The notes: a model not told the origin generated them from the sequence alone. A DNA stretch of 64,000 bases from Candidatus Dormiibacterota bacterium (GCA_963848445.1 CAWKDT010000020.1:261703-325702); one strand, 5' to 3'; numbered from the stretch's first letter, positions 37,220 through 47,581 are shown. A program made the numbers and translations.

Positions 37220-38497
37220 ATGCAGATACAGTGGACTTGGCGACGGGTGCTCCTCGTCGTCCTGCTCGTCGCCGGCGCGGCGTACTTCGTGGTGGCGGCG
37301 GTGAAGGAGATGCGAGCCCCCGAGGCCGGCGTCCACGATTTCGGTGTCTACTACCGCGCCGCCGTCGCCATCACTCACGGCGGGCGCCTGTACGCGACCC
37401 CACCCGCGTGCTGCTTCAACGTCGCGGCGATGACCGGCTACACCTACCCGCCCGTCTTCGCCGCGCTCTTGATTCCGTTGACGTGGCTGCCCGTCGACGA
37501 TGCGGGCCGCGTGTGGCTGGTCGTCTGCTACGTGTCGCTGCTGGTCGTGCTGCTCGCGGGAGTGCGCGCGGCACCGCAACCGCTCGACCGCGAGTCGATC
37601 CTGTGGCTCGGTGTCGTATTCCTCGTCGCGGGCTCGGTGGCATTCGCGCTCTACGAGATGCAGGCCACGCCGCTCGTCGTCGCACTCGAGGCGATCTTCG
37701 CGCTGTGCGTCATCCGCAACAGGTTCGTCTTCGTCGGAGGACTCTGCCTTGCGCTCGCCGCGGCGTTCAAGGTGTCACCGATCCTGATTGCGCCGGCCAT
37801 CCTCCTGCTGCCGCGGCCAGGCTCGTATCGGGCGCTCGCGGGGTTGATCGGTGGGCTGGTGGCGACAGGACTGCTGAGCCTCGCGCTCACCCACGAGGCA
37901 ACGGACTATGTATTTCACGTGTTGCCCAGCTTCTCGGGTGGTGTCGTGTCGCTGAACAATCTCTCGCTGCCCGGGGTGATCCTGCGCGCGCTCGTCGCCG
38001 CCGGCCTGCATCCGGCGGCCTCACTGGACATCCCCTTCCTGACACTCGAGATCGCCGCGCTCGTTGCGACGTGGCTGTTGTGCCGGGGGATCGGCGGCGC
38101 CGCCGGCCGCGCGTTGATGATCGCCGGGCTCCTCGCCGTGGTCCCGATCGTGCAGGGCGTCACCTGGGATCACCACCTGATCGCCGACATCCTGGTGCTG
38201 ATCCTGATGGTGCCGTACCTTCGCACCTGGTCGCCGGCGTGGGTCCTCGCCGTCGGCGGTACGATCGTCGCAACCGCGAACCAGCACGTCCTCGAGAACT
38301 GGCTTGCCACCCACGGTGTCGCGGCCCCCTACAACGCGTTCACCTACGCGGCCTTCGTGGCTGCGGCGTCCTGCAACCTCATCGGCATGTGCGGGCTCTG
38401 GATCGCGGTGGTGATCACCGCGCGCCGGATGCGCGCCGGTGCTGCTGCCGATCCCAGGCCCGGCGTGCGCGTATCGCGGCCCGCGGTAACGACCTGA
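37220..38497 (+). CDS. GT87 / DUF2029-family polytopic membrane glycosyl(mannosyl)transferase
   Basis: Multi-TM protein with the GT-C/DUF2029 pattern (YTYPPVFAALLIPLTWL, FKVSPILIAPAILLLP). Confidence 0.6.
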   Translation: MQIQWTWRRVLLVVLLVAGAAYFVVAAVKEMRAPEAGVHDFGVYYRAAVAITHGGRLYATPPACCFNVAAMTGYTYPPVFAALLIPLTWLPVDDAGRVWLVVCYVSLLVVLLAGVRAAPQPLDRESILWLGVVFLVAGSVAFALYEMQATPLVVALEAIFALCVIRNRFVFVGGLCLALAAAFKVSPILIAPAILLLPRPGSYRALAGLIGGLVATGLLSLALTHEATDYVFHVLPSFSGGVVSLNNLSLPGVILRALVAAGLHPAASLDIPFLTLEIAALVATWLLCRGIGGAAGRALMIAGLLAVVPIVQGVTWDHHLIADILVLILMVPYLRTWSPAWVLAVGGTIVATANQHVLENWLATHGVAAPYNAFTYAAFVAAASCNLIGMCGLWIAVVITARRMRAGAAADPRPGVRVSRPAVTT

Positions 38498-38754
38498 CGA
38501 TCGCCAGGCCGGTCTTGACAGGGGCTGGCGCGACGCGCTACCGGGTGCCGGTCATCGCATGGTTGCCGGCGGCCGGAATTTCGTGACGGATGGCCCTGTT
38601 GGGCCGGCCGAAGCCGATCGCAGCATGAAGCCGTGAGACCGAACGTCGGTGACCTTGCGGCGGCCGGGCGCCCACGCAGTGTCGACCCGGATCGGAGGGC
38701 GGCGTAGCGGCCGCCCTCCGCCCACGAGCCGGCACCGAGCAGAAGGAGCGCAGC

Positions 38755-39285
38755 ATGAGCACCCTCATCGCCTACGCGAGCAAGCACGGTTCCACCGCGG
38801 AGATCGCTGAACGGATTGCGGCGGCGATTCGCGGCGAAGGACATGACGTGCAGGCGCTGCGGGCATCGGCCGTGCGAGACGTCACCGGCTTCGGAGCGGT
38901 GGTCGCCGGCAGTGCCGTGTACATGGGTCACTGGATGAAGGATGCGACCGAATTCATCAGCCGCCGGCGGTCTCAGCTCGGGTCGCGGCCCCTCTGGCTC
39001 TTCAGCAGCGGCCCGGTGGGCCCCAGAGCGCTGCCCGAAGCCGCGGAGATCGCGATCTACCGCAAGCAGTTCGATGTCAAAGACCACCGCACCTTCGACG
39101 GCGCCCTCGACAAGAAGGAGTTGTCCCTGTCGGAGCGAATGATGATCAGAGCGGTGAAGGCCCCCTACGGTGACTACCGGAAGTGGGAGGACATCGACGC
39201 GTGGGCGATGGCGATCGCCACGTGGTTGGCGCTCGCAGCGCAGTCTCCTGAGCCGGTGACCGCGGGTGCAGGGCCGTGGCAGTAG
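38755..39285 (+). CDS. flavodoxin-like protein
   Basis: N-terminus MSTLIAYASKHGSTAEIAERIA (flavodoxin phosphate-binding loop T/SxxGxT-like) and α/β pattern. Confidence 0.7.
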   Translation: MSTLIAYASKHGSTAEIAERIAAAIRGEGHDVQALRASAVRDVTGFGAVVAGSAVYMGHWMKDATEFISRRRSQLGSRPLWLFSSGPVGPRALPEAAEIAIYRKQFDVKDHRTFDGALDKKELSLSERMMIRAVKAPYGDYRKWEDIDAWAMAIATWLALAAQSPEPVTAGAGPWQ

Positions 39286-39476
39286 CGGAGCGGCCCGTGA
39301 GGGTCACGGTTCACGACGCATCATCCCCGTCGACCCGCGCCGGCGACTGGTCGTTCCGGGTCGACCGGCATCGAGACGCGGTCGCGACAGCGTTCCCCGC
39401 GCTTGCAGCCTGGATTGTTGCGGGCTGCGTCACTACCGCGTGGGTGATCGGCCGCCGCCGCTGATCCGTCGGCGGC

Positions 39477-42413
39477 CTACTGAAACCAGCCCTCGATATC
39501 GATCACGGCGTTGACCGTGCCCGCGCTGTTGAAGAGCCCCACATCGCCGTCATGCGCGTCGGCGGTGGTATCGAGCTGCACCACCGCGAGGTTGGGCAGG
39601 ACCTGGTTCGCCGCGAGGTTGAGATCCGACGCGTGGGGATGGCTCAGGTTCGCCGGGTACAGCACGAGGTAGGTCGGCTGCGTCGAGAGGATCCCGGTCA
39701 GGTTGGCGATCACGGCGACCGCCGGAGTCCCGGCGGAGGTGGGCGGCACCCCACCCACACCCGCGACGCCGACGGTGCGGATCGTGCCCGCGCCCAATGT
39801 CTGTCCGGCGCATGGCAGATGCGATCCAGGCCGGGTGTCGCAGATGCGACTTGGCCCGATCGCCTGGTACTGCGATCCTGCCACCGCAGACGCGTCACCG
39901 AACCAGCCATTGGCATCGAGGATCACATTGATCGTGCCCGCGGCATTGTAGACGCAGACGGACGTGGCGTTGCCACCGGGGGCGGACGGCCCGAGCGCAA
40001 CCATGACGCGATTCGCCACCACGGCTCCGGCCGCGAGGTTGAGCGTCGAAAATGGCGGCGCATGAGTCCCGACGTACGTGCATGCGCCACTCGCGTTGGT
40101 AGGGAAAACGCTCAGGAACGTCGGCGAAGTCCCTGCCACACCCGTTAGATTGAGCACTGCAGCCTGCGCGGTGCCATCGCCTGGGATCCCGCTCGCTCCC
40201 GTCACCGCGACCCTGATGGCCGTGCCCGCATGCAATGCGGCGTTGGAACCGCAGCCACCGCGCGTATCGCACACTCGCACCGGGGCGATCGGATGAAACT
40301 CGCCGGCTGCGGTGCTCGATGCCGGGGGCTCGAAATACCCCTCGACGTCCGCGACGACGTTGACCGTCCCGAGCGCGTTGTAGATGCTCACCTCGCGCTG
40401 GCTGTCCGAGGCGCCGCTCTGGCCCAGCGTGACGGTCACGAGATTCGCGCTAGCCGTGTGTGCAGCGAAGTTGAGGTTCGACGCCTGCGGGCGTCCCGTC
40501 CCGTTGGGAAACACCGTCAGCAGGCTGAACGAGTTGTCAAAGACCGCAGTGGTGTTGATCACGACAGCCGTCGCATCAGCGGGGATCGGGTCTGTGCCGC
40601 CTGGCAGACCGGTGACGCCCGTGATCTGCAGGGTCCGCGTGGCTCCGGGCCCCAGCGCCCCCGGACCGCACTGGATACATGAGCCCGAGCGAGTGTCGAG
40701 GATGCGGAACGGCGTGACCGGCACGTAGTTGGCGAGGCTCGTGTAGATGTACCCGGCGCCGGCGGTGAGCGGGCTCGTGCCAAGCGTGTCGGACACCTGC
40801 ACGCTCACATAGCCGGCGGGGCCAGGCGGTGTCGTGAACGTGAACGTGGTGCCGGTGATCGAGGCGGGGGTGACGGAGACGCTACCGATCGTTGCCGTCA
40901 TCCCTGACTTGAACCCGACCCCCGAGACGGTCACCGTCTGACCGCCGGCGATCGGACCGGCGGCGGGCGTGACGGCGGTGATGTTGGGGCCGGACGGCAC
41001 GGCGTTCACCCGGTCACCGCCCTCCACGAAGATCATCCCGTTGGATGCGGACGGCGACGTGAAGTGATTGCTGCCGCTGATCGAGTAGCCGGCGAGCATG
41101 TTCCCGGTGCCGGCGTCGTACTGGTACAGCGTGTCGCTCACTGCGCTGACCGCCCAGACGCCGCCACCGACCACGATCGGTGGCTTGTCCGACGCCTGGC
41201 TCGTGTTGTGCCAGCCGAGGGAGAAGTTGTTGTTCGAGGCGGCGATCTGCACCGCCCGCAGCCCGTCACTGCATCCTACGAACACGGTCTCCACGCCGCC
41301 GACCATCGCGTACGCGAGGCTGCCGAAGGCCGCGTCGCTCGTCGCCGAGCACACCCGGTGGGACGCGATCCCGCCGCTGATGTGTCCGAGGGATGTGCTG
41401 TCGAGCAGGTAGCCCATGCCGCTCTTGCCCACCTCGAACACGCGGTTGGACGGGAGCTGCAGCGGCGTGGTCGATCCAAGATCGGCGTCGCTCGCGTTGT
41501 CCTCCCACCATGTGGGGCCGCCGCCGTGGTTTGCGTCGGTGACGCCGCTCGGAGCGAAGTAGTCGGCGACACTCAGCGTGGTGGGCGTGAGCTCGACGAC
41601 CGCATCGCTGTCGTCGTAGGCGTCGGTGCTGTTGGTGTGATTGCTATTACCGGTCGCGACGTACACGTCCCCGCCGGCGTCGATCGATGCGCCGCCGGCT
41701 GCCCACACGCCGGCCTCCATGTCCGTCGAGTTGTCCGCCGCGGACGCCCACCACTGCACCGTCCCGCTGCCCGTCTCCGGATACGACATGACGTAACCGC
41801 GATATCCGTCGGTGGCATTGTTCGGGTTGGTGCAGTCCCCGGCGAGGCCTCCCAGCGTCGCGTACACCTCGCCGCCGGCGACGGTCAGGGCGCCGCGCTG
41901 CTGCTGGTAGTTGGCGTCGAAGTTGATCCCGCTGCGGTTGCCGGGGTCGATGTTCACCTGCCGCGTGACCGCCCCGGCGAGCGTCAGCGTGACGAGGTCG
42001 AACTCGAAGTGCGTCGGACTGTCCTGGATCTCGGCGACCACGTAGATGTTGCCGGCGTCGATAACCGGCGTTCCGGTGATGCCCAGCGGCATGATGTCGC
42101 CACACGGGAAGTTGGCGGTGCGTGGTGTTCCGATGTGTTTGGTCCACTGAACCTGGCCCGTCGTCGCGTTGAGGGAATACACGGTGTCGTTCTCGGTGGC
42201 GACGACCACCTGGTTCCCCACGATCAGGGGCTGGCCGTAGAGCTGGCCGTCCAGCGCCGGAGAGGTCCACGGCGCCGTGCCGGCAAGGGCCTGGTCCGTG
42301 GTGTCGTCGCCCTGACGGGTGTTGTTCCCGTGATAGGTCGTCCAGTCCGCGGCGGCCTGCGTCAAGGCCAGCAGCGGCGCCACGGCCGCCAGGATGATCG
42401 GGAACCGGCGCAC
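39477..42413 (-). CDS. large secreted protein: PQQ-like β-propeller + IPT/TIG domain + three C-terminal about 110-aa repeats (xPxRxxDTR… type)
   Basis: GTG 42413 gives signal peptide MRRFPIILAAVAPLLALTQAAA|DW; propeller blades (TVYSLNATTGQVQWTK, LYQYDAGTGNMLAGY); IPT (PNITAVTPAAGPIAGGQTVTVSGVGF); 3 repeats each starting …P(V/I)xP(F/V/S)R(I/V)(L/C)DTR and ending …GWF/GYF. Confidence 0.7.
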   Translation of the reverse strand: MRRFPIILAAVAPLLALTQAAADWTTYHGNNTRQGDDTTDQALAGTAPWTSPALDGQLYGQPLIVGNQVVVATENDTVYSLNATTGQVQWTKHIGTPRTANFPCGDIMPLGITGTPVIDAGNIYVVAEIQDSPTHFEFDLVTLTLAGAVTRQVNIDPGNRSGINFDANYQQQRGALTVAGGEVYATLGGLAGDCTNPNNATDGYRGYVMSYPETGSGTVQWWASAADNSTDMEAGVWAAGGASIDAGGDVYVATGNSNHTNSTDAYDDSDAVVELTPTTLSVADYFAPSGVTDANHGGGPTWWEDNASDADLGSTTPLQLPSNRVFEVGKSGMGYLLDSTSLGHISGGIASHRVCSATSDAAFGSLAYAMVGGVETVFVGCSDGLRAVQIAASNNNFSLGWHNTSQASDKPPIVVGGGVWAVSAVSDTLYQYDAGTGNMLAGYSISGSNHFTSPSASNGMIFVEGGDRVNAVPSGPNITAVTPAAGPIAGGQTVTVSGVGFKSGMTATIGSVSVTPASITGTTFTFTTPPGPAGYVSVQVSDTLGTSPLTAGAGYIYTSLANYVPVTPFRILDTRSGSCIQCGPGALGPGATRTLQITGVTGLPGGTDPIPADATAVVINTTAVFDNSFSLLTVFPNGTGRPQASNLNFAAHTASANLVTVTLGQSGASDSQREVSIYNALGTVNVVADVEGYFEPPASSTAAGEFHPIAPVRVCDTRGGCGSNAALHAGTAIRVAVTGASGIPGDGTAQAAVLNLTGVAGTSPTFLSVFPTNASGACTYVGTHAPPFSTLNLAAGAVVANRVMVALGPSAPGGNATSVCVYNAAGTINVILDANGWFGDASAVAGSQYQAIGPSRICDTRPGSHLPCAGQTLGAGTIRTVGVAGVGGVPPTSAGTPAVAVIANLTGILSTQPTYLVLYPANLSHPHASDLNLAANQVLPNLAVVQLDTTADAHDGDVGLFNSAGTVNAVIDIEGWFQ
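39480..40515. repeat. three in-frame tandem repeats (about 330 bp each) encoding the C-terminal 'DTR' domains
   Basis: The same about 110-aa module occurs three times at the C-terminus of the 39477–42413 protein. Confidence 0.5.
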
Positions 42414-42684
42414 TCGAGCATTTTCACCCTTGACCGGCCGCGGGGATGGCGTTCCCGTCACGGCGCACCGCTCCTCGACCGCCGGTCGGCTTCGGCCGGC
42501 GGCTCTCAGGCGAGGAGCGGTCCGACTTTCGCGGCAGCCTGCCGGTCGCAGAGTAGGATCGCCTGATGGCAACGCCGCTCCGCCAGGATGCACGGAACAC
42601 CGCCGCGGTGACCGGGCGTTAGCAGTCTCACGTTTCCGAGGCACGAGGCGGTAGTGCCTCGTCCTCCAGGCGACCGGTAGACCG

Positions 42685-45081
42685 TTGCGCATCGCGTTCG
42701 TCTCGTCCGCCGTGCCCCGCCGTTGCGGCATCGCCACCTTCTCCGCCGACCTCATCGCCGCGGTGCATGCAAGCGATCACACAGTGACGTGCCGCATCGC
42801 CGCGATCGAGGAGCCGGCCGTGCTCCGGCCGTATGGATCGGACGTCCGGTGGCGGATACGGCAGGGCGATCCGGAGAGCTACCGCGCCGCGGCGCGGGCG
42901 ATCAACACCTCGAACGCGGACGTGGTGAATGTGCAACACGAGTTCGGTCTCTACGGCACGTGGACGCAACCCAAATTCGTCGCGGGCCGGTGGACCGAGA
43001 GCGTCTATGACGACTGTCTCCAGCCGTTCCTCGAGGAGCTGCGCAAACCCGTCGTCGTGACCATGCACACCGTGCTGCCGCAGCCGACTCCCTCGATTCG
43101 AGCGACGGTTCGCGCCATCGCCGAGCGCTGCGACGAACTCATCGTGATGGCATCGACCGCTGTTGATCTGCTCGCGAACGACTACGAGCTCGTGAAGCCT
43201 CCTCGGGTCATCCCCCACGGGATGCCGGTGATCGAGCCGCATGGACGTCTGCGATTCAAGGACAAGCTCGGGGTCAAGGGGCGCACGATCATCTCGACCT
43301 TCGGTCTTGTGGACCCACGCAAAGGGCTCCAGTACATGATCGAAGCCATGTCCCGGGTGATCGCTGAGCACCCGGACGCCCTTTACCTCATTGCCGGACA
43401 GACCCATCCGGATCTTCTGCGCGCGCAGGGCGAGGAGTACCGGAATTCGCTGGTCGCGCAGATACGGTCGCTGCAACTCGACGATCACGTCGCGTTCATC
43501 GACACCTACATGACCCAGCGCGACATCATCGAACTGCTGCTCGCGACCGACGTCTATGTGACGCCGTACCTCGACCCCAACCAGATCACGAGCGGCACCC
43601 TTTCGTACGCCCTGGGCGCCGGAAAGGCGGTCGTCTCGACCCGGTACCTGCACGCTGCCGAGGCGCTGAGCGATGGCCGCGGTGTGCTCGTCGACTTCCG
43701 TGATGCGGGACAGCTGGCACATGCGGTGACGGCCATCCTCGGCGACACGATCGCGAAGAAAGCGCTGGAGGATGCGGCGTTCGCATATGCGCATAACGCG
43801 ACATGGCCTCGATCAGCCCAGGCCTTCCTGGGGGTGATGAGCGAGGCCGCAACGATGCGGAAATCTCGTGGCGTCTCGCCGGCGGTGGCCACGCACGACA
43901 TGGGTCGGCGCTCGAATGAGAATCCGATCCTCTCAGCAGCCGACGTTCGCCCGTCACTCCCCGGTCTCGAGGTCATCTCGGTGTTCAACGCCGCGGCGGC
44001 GCGGGTCGGCGACGAGGTGGTGCTGCTCATCCGTGTCGGTGAGCGACCGAGCCTCGGCGTGGTCCCTCCGGCCGACGCCCTCACGCTCGACCTGACGCGC
44101 CCCGAGCCCGAGATCAAGCCGCTCGGTCCCGGCCACGGAGCCGACGACGTCATCGGAATCGCCTTCCTGGACGCCAAGCAGGAGCCGGCGCGCGTCGTGG
44201 AGGTGTTCATCCCGAGGGACACGCCCGGGCTCGACCTCAGCGATCCGCGTGCGATTCGCTATCGCAATCTCACCGGCGGTTTCACGGCCGCGGCGGACGA
44301 CGTCAGCGACTTCCTCACCCAGATGTCGCACCTGCGCGTCGCGCGCAGCCACGACGGCATCCACTTCGAAGTCGAGAACGAGCCCGCGGTGGTGCCGGCA
44401 AATCGTTTCGAGGAGTACGGCTGCGAGGATCCGCGGGCCACGCTCATCGACGGCGTCTGGCATATCACCTATGTCTCCGTGAGCCGGATCGGCATCAGCA
44501 CCAGCCGGCTCACGACCACGGACTTCCGCTCATTCGAACGGCACGGGGTCATGTTCCTGCCCGATCACAAGGACGTCGTGCTGCTTCCCGGCCGGGTCGG
44601 AGGACGGTACGCAGCGCTGACGCGGCCGATGCCCCAGTCGTTCGGCCGCGTGCTCGGCATCTGGATCGCGTTCTCCGACGATCTGGTCCACTGGGGTGAG
44701 CACGCGCCGCTTGCACTGCCGCGGCCCGGCATGTGGGATGAGCTGCGTACCGGGGCGAGCGCCGTCCCATTCCGCGTCGAACAAGGCTGGCTCGAGATCT
44801 ACCACGGCGTCGATCGCAACACGCGGTATGCGCTCGGCGGCCTGCTGCTCGACGGCGACGACCCGAGCCGGGTGATCGCCCGGTCCCCGGAGCCGATCCT
44901 CGTGCCGACCGCGCCATACGAGCGCGACGGCCTCTACAACGACGTCGTGTTCACCTGCGGGCACGTCCCGCTCGATCCCGAGGGGAAGGACATCCGTGTC
45001 TACTACGGTGCCGCCGACAGCTGCCTCGCGGTGGCGGACTTCACCGTTCGAGACATTCTTGACCAAATGACTCCGTGCTGA
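42685..45081 (+). CDS. bifunctional-looking fusion: N-terminal GT4 glycosyltransferase + C-terminal GH130-family (mannoside phosphorylase/β-mannosidase-like) domain
   Basis: GT4 region MRIAFVSS…VTPYLDPNQITSGTLSYALGAGKAVVST (EX7E-like); GH130 5-bladed-propeller motifs in the C-terminal 330 aa (WHITYVSV, EIYHGVD, VVFTCGHV, YYGAADSCLAVADF). Confidence 0.75.
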   Translation: MRIAFVSSAVPRRCGIATFSADLIAAVHASDHTVTCRIAAIEEPAVLRPYGSDVRWRIRQGDPESYRAAARAINTSNADVVNVQHEFGLYGTWTQPKFVAGRWTESVYDDCLQPFLEELRKPVVVTMHTVLPQPTPSIRATVRAIAERCDELIVMASTAVDLLANDYELVKPPRVIPHGMPVIEPHGRLRFKDKLGVKGRTIISTFGLVDPRKGLQYMIEAMSRVIAEHPDALYLIAGQTHPDLLRAQGEEYRNSLVAQIRSLQLDDHVAFIDTYMTQRDIIELLLATDVYVTPYLDPNQITSGTLSYALGAGKAVVSTRYLHAAEALSDGRGVLVDFRDAGQLAHAVTAILGDTIAKKALEDAAFAYAHNATWPRSAQAFLGVMSEAATMRKSRGVSPAVATHDMGRRSNENPILSAADVRPSLPGLEVISVFNAAAARVGDEVVLLIRVGERPSLGVVPPADALTLDLTRPEPEIKPLGPGHGADDVIGIAFLDAKQEPARVVEVFIPRDTPGLDLSDPRAIRYRNLTGGFTAAADDVSDFLTQMSHLRVARSHDGIHFEVENEPAVVPANRFEEYGCEDPRATLIDGVWHITYVSVSRIGISTSRLTTTDFRSFERHGVMFLPDHKDVVLLPGRVGGRYAALTRPMPQSFGRVLGIWIAFSDDLVHWGEHAPLALPRPGMWDELRTGASAVPFRVEQGWLEIYHGVDRNTRYALGGLLLDGDDPSRVIARSPEPILVPTAPYERDGLYNDVVFTCGHVPLDPEGKDIRVYYGAADSCLAVADFTVRDILDQMTPC

Positions 45082-46133
45082 GGCAGATCGCACGTCTCGG
45101 TCGCTCCGTAGCCTTCGCCGGGCCTCGAGCCATCGCCATCGCGGTGTACGCGGATGAACGCGACCAGCTGATACGGGCGCAGGAGGCCGGCTACGAAGGC
45201 GTCGCCTGCGTGGATGATGCGGCCCGCGCCCTCGAGCTGTACTGCGACCTCTGGGAGGCGACGCGGCTGCCGTGGGTGATGCGCTGGTGCGAGGGGCTTC
45301 TCGACTTCGTGCTTGCGATGCAGGAGCCGGACGGGCGCTGGCTGAACTTCATCCGCGACTGGGACGGAACGCCCAACCGCGGAGGCCGCACCTCCGTTGC
45401 GGGGGGCGGCTTCTGGCAGGCCCGCGCGTTGATGGCGCTCATTCGCGCGTCAGCAGTCCTCGATGACCGGCGCATCGGGATTGCCGTGGCGCATGCCGTG
45501 CCCCATATCCGTGCGGCGACCGCCGTGCCGGCTGACGTCCGCGCCCTGCATATCAGGGCCGCCCTCGCGACCCTCGGCAGCGCGGACGATCATGGTCTTG
45601 TCGAGATCCTGCCCGAATGGGTCGAGGAACTCCTGAGCTGCCGGGAGGGCGACGTGCTCATGAACTCACCCGACGAGCGAGGCCGCCCTCACCTGTGGGG
45701 TCATATCCAGGAAGGCGTCCTCGCCGACGTCGCCGCGCGCATGAATCGCGATGAGGTGCTCGAGGTCGCGCGGCGAAGCGCCGAGCTGGTGTTCACAGGT
45801 GTGGTCACCGGTGGGTTCCGCGAGCCGCACGTTCAGCCGTACGACGTCGCCTCCTCCGTCTATTCGCTGGGTAGGCTTGCGGAGGTGACCGGTGCACCGG
45901 CCTATCGCGCACTCGCCGGCGACGCATGCGCATGGTTTCTCGGGCGCAACCCCGCCGGTGCGCCGATCTACGACGAGGCTTCCGGACGGGTACACGACGG
46001 TGTCGACGAAGGACGCGTGAACGCACACTCGGGCGCCGAGTCCAACATCGTCGGTGCCCAGGCGCTCTTCGACGTGGCGACCGCGGTTGCCCGCCGACTC
46101 ACCGTTGCCGAGGGTCTCCCCGGCTCAGCCTGA
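45075..46133 (+). CDS. hypothetical protein, possibly (α/α)6-barrel (AGE/epimerase-like) carbohydrate-active enzyme
   Basis: GTG overlaps the previous stop; no confidently recognisable motif, fold guess only (GVACVDDAARALELY, PDGRWLNFIRDWDG). Confidence 0.45.
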   Translation: MLRQIARLGRSVAFAGPRAIAIAVYADERDQLIRAQEAGYEGVACVDDAARALELYCDLWEATRLPWVMRWCEGLLDFVLAMQEPDGRWLNFIRDWDGTPNRGGRTSVAGGGFWQARALMALIRASAVLDDRRIGIAVAHAVPHIRAATAVPADVRALHIRAALATLGSADDHGLVEILPEWVEELLSCREGDVLMNSPDERGRPHLWGHIQEGVLADVAARMNRDEVLEVARRSAELVFTGVVTGGFREPHVQPYDVASSVYSLGRLAEVTGAPAYRALAGDACAWFLGRNPAGAPIYDEASGRVHDGVDEGRVNAHSGAESNIVGAQALFDVATAVARRLTVAEGLPGSA

Positions 46134-46224
46134 TCCGGTTTTCCGTCGAGATTGGCGGATACAATCCAGGCCATCCACGCGAGGAGACGGCGACTCGCGA
46201 CCACCGTCCGCCTGAGGATTCCCG

Positions 46225-47490
46225 ATGCCACACATCAACGCGGGGGACACTGCGTTCGTCCTGATCGGTGCAGCCCTCGTCTGCCTCATGACCCCCGGCC
46301 TGGCCTTCTTCTATGGAGGATTGGTCCGCCGCAAGAATGTCCTGACGATCATGATGCAGAGCTTCATCTCGATGGGTGTTGTCACCATCATCTGGGTGGC
46401 GTTCGGCTTCAGCCTGGCGTTCGGCGGCACCGACCCGGTCACCCACCATCAGTGGGCGCTCAACGGCCTCATCGGCAACTTCGACTACGTCTTCCTGCAC
46501 AACGTCGGAGTCGCCCCCAGTCCTCTCTACAGCTCCACCATCCCGTTCCTTGCCTTCTTCGCGTTCCAGGAGATGTTCGCGATCATCACGCCGGCGCTGA
46601 TCACCGGGGCCTTCGCTGACCGCGTGTCGTTCAAGAGCTATCTGCTGTTCCTGGTGGGTTGGAGCGTCCTGATCTACATCCCGTTCGCACACTGGGTCTG
46701 GGGCGGCGGGTTCCTGATGCAGTGGGGCCTCAAGGACTTCGCGGGGGGCATCGTCGTTCACCTCAGCGCGGGGTTTGCGGCACTCGCCTCGGTGTTCGTC
46801 GTGGGCAAGCGCGTCCTCCAACCCGGGGAGAAGCTCGCCCCGCACAACATCGCGTTCGTGGCGCTGGGTACGGGCCTGTTGTGGTTCGGGTGGTTCGGGT
46901 TCAACGCCGGAAGCGCGGGGGCCGCGAACGGCCAGGCAGCCATTGCCTTCGTCAATACCGACATCGCTGCTTCCTTCGGCATGCTGACCTGGCTCTTCCT
47001 CGCCTGGTACAAGGACAAGAAACCCGGCATGACCGGGGCCATGGTCGGAGCGGTCGCCGGGCTCGCCTGCGTGACGCCGACGGCCGGCTTCATCGACCCG
47101 TGGGCGGCCGCCGTCGTCGGCGTGGCGGCCGGGTCGATCTGCTACGGCGCCGTCCTGTTCCGAGCGAGGATGGGATGGGATGACGCGCTCGACGTCTGGG
47201 GGTGCCACGGCGTGGGCGGAGCGCTCGGCATCGTGCTCACCGGCGTGTTCTCGGTCGGAGCGTACGCCGGGATCGCCGGACCTGGCCTCATCGGCGGCCG
47301 CCTGCATCTCTTCGGGGTTCAGGTCGCCGGAGCGGCGATCACGATCGTCTACTCGTTTGCGGTCACGTGGCTCATCCTGAAGTTCGTGAACATCTTCGTT
47401 CAGGTGCGTGTGAGCCCTGAGGAGGAGCTGCTGGGGCTGGACGCGATGGAGCATGGGGAGATGGCGTACGCGGGCCTGGATGCCGGTTGA
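46225..47490 (+). CDS. amt: ammonium transporter (Amt family)
   Basis: 11-TM Amt signature (GGLVRRKNVLTIMMQSF, DFAGGIVVHLSAGFAALA, WFGWFGFNAGS). Confidence 0.9.
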   Translation: MPHINAGDTAFVLIGAALVCLMTPGLAFFYGGLVRRKNVLTIMMQSFISMGVVTIIWVAFGFSLAFGGTDPVTHHQWALNGLIGNFDYVFLHNVGVAPSPLYSSTIPFLAFFAFQEMFAIITPALITGAFADRVSFKSYLLFLVGWSVLIYIPFAHWVWGGGFLMQWGLKDFAGGIVVHLSAGFAALASVFVVGKRVLQPGEKLAPHNIAFVALGTGLLWFGWFGFNAGSAGAANGQAAIAFVNTDIAASFGMLTWLFLAWYKDKKPGMTGAMVGAVAGLACVTPTAGFIDPWAAAVVGVAAGSICYGAVLFRARMGWDDALDVWGCHGVGGALGIVLTGVFSVGAYAGIAGPGLIGGRLHLFGVQVAGAAITIVYSFAVTWLILKFVNIFVQVRVSPEEELLGLDAMEHGEMAYAGLDAG

Positions 47491-47581
47491 CGACTGACCT
47501 CGTAGCCTTGCGCCAAAGGTCCTGAATGTTCGGCGACATTCGGCACTGGGCGAAGCCCGCTCTGCGGCGGACGCTGCCGTC

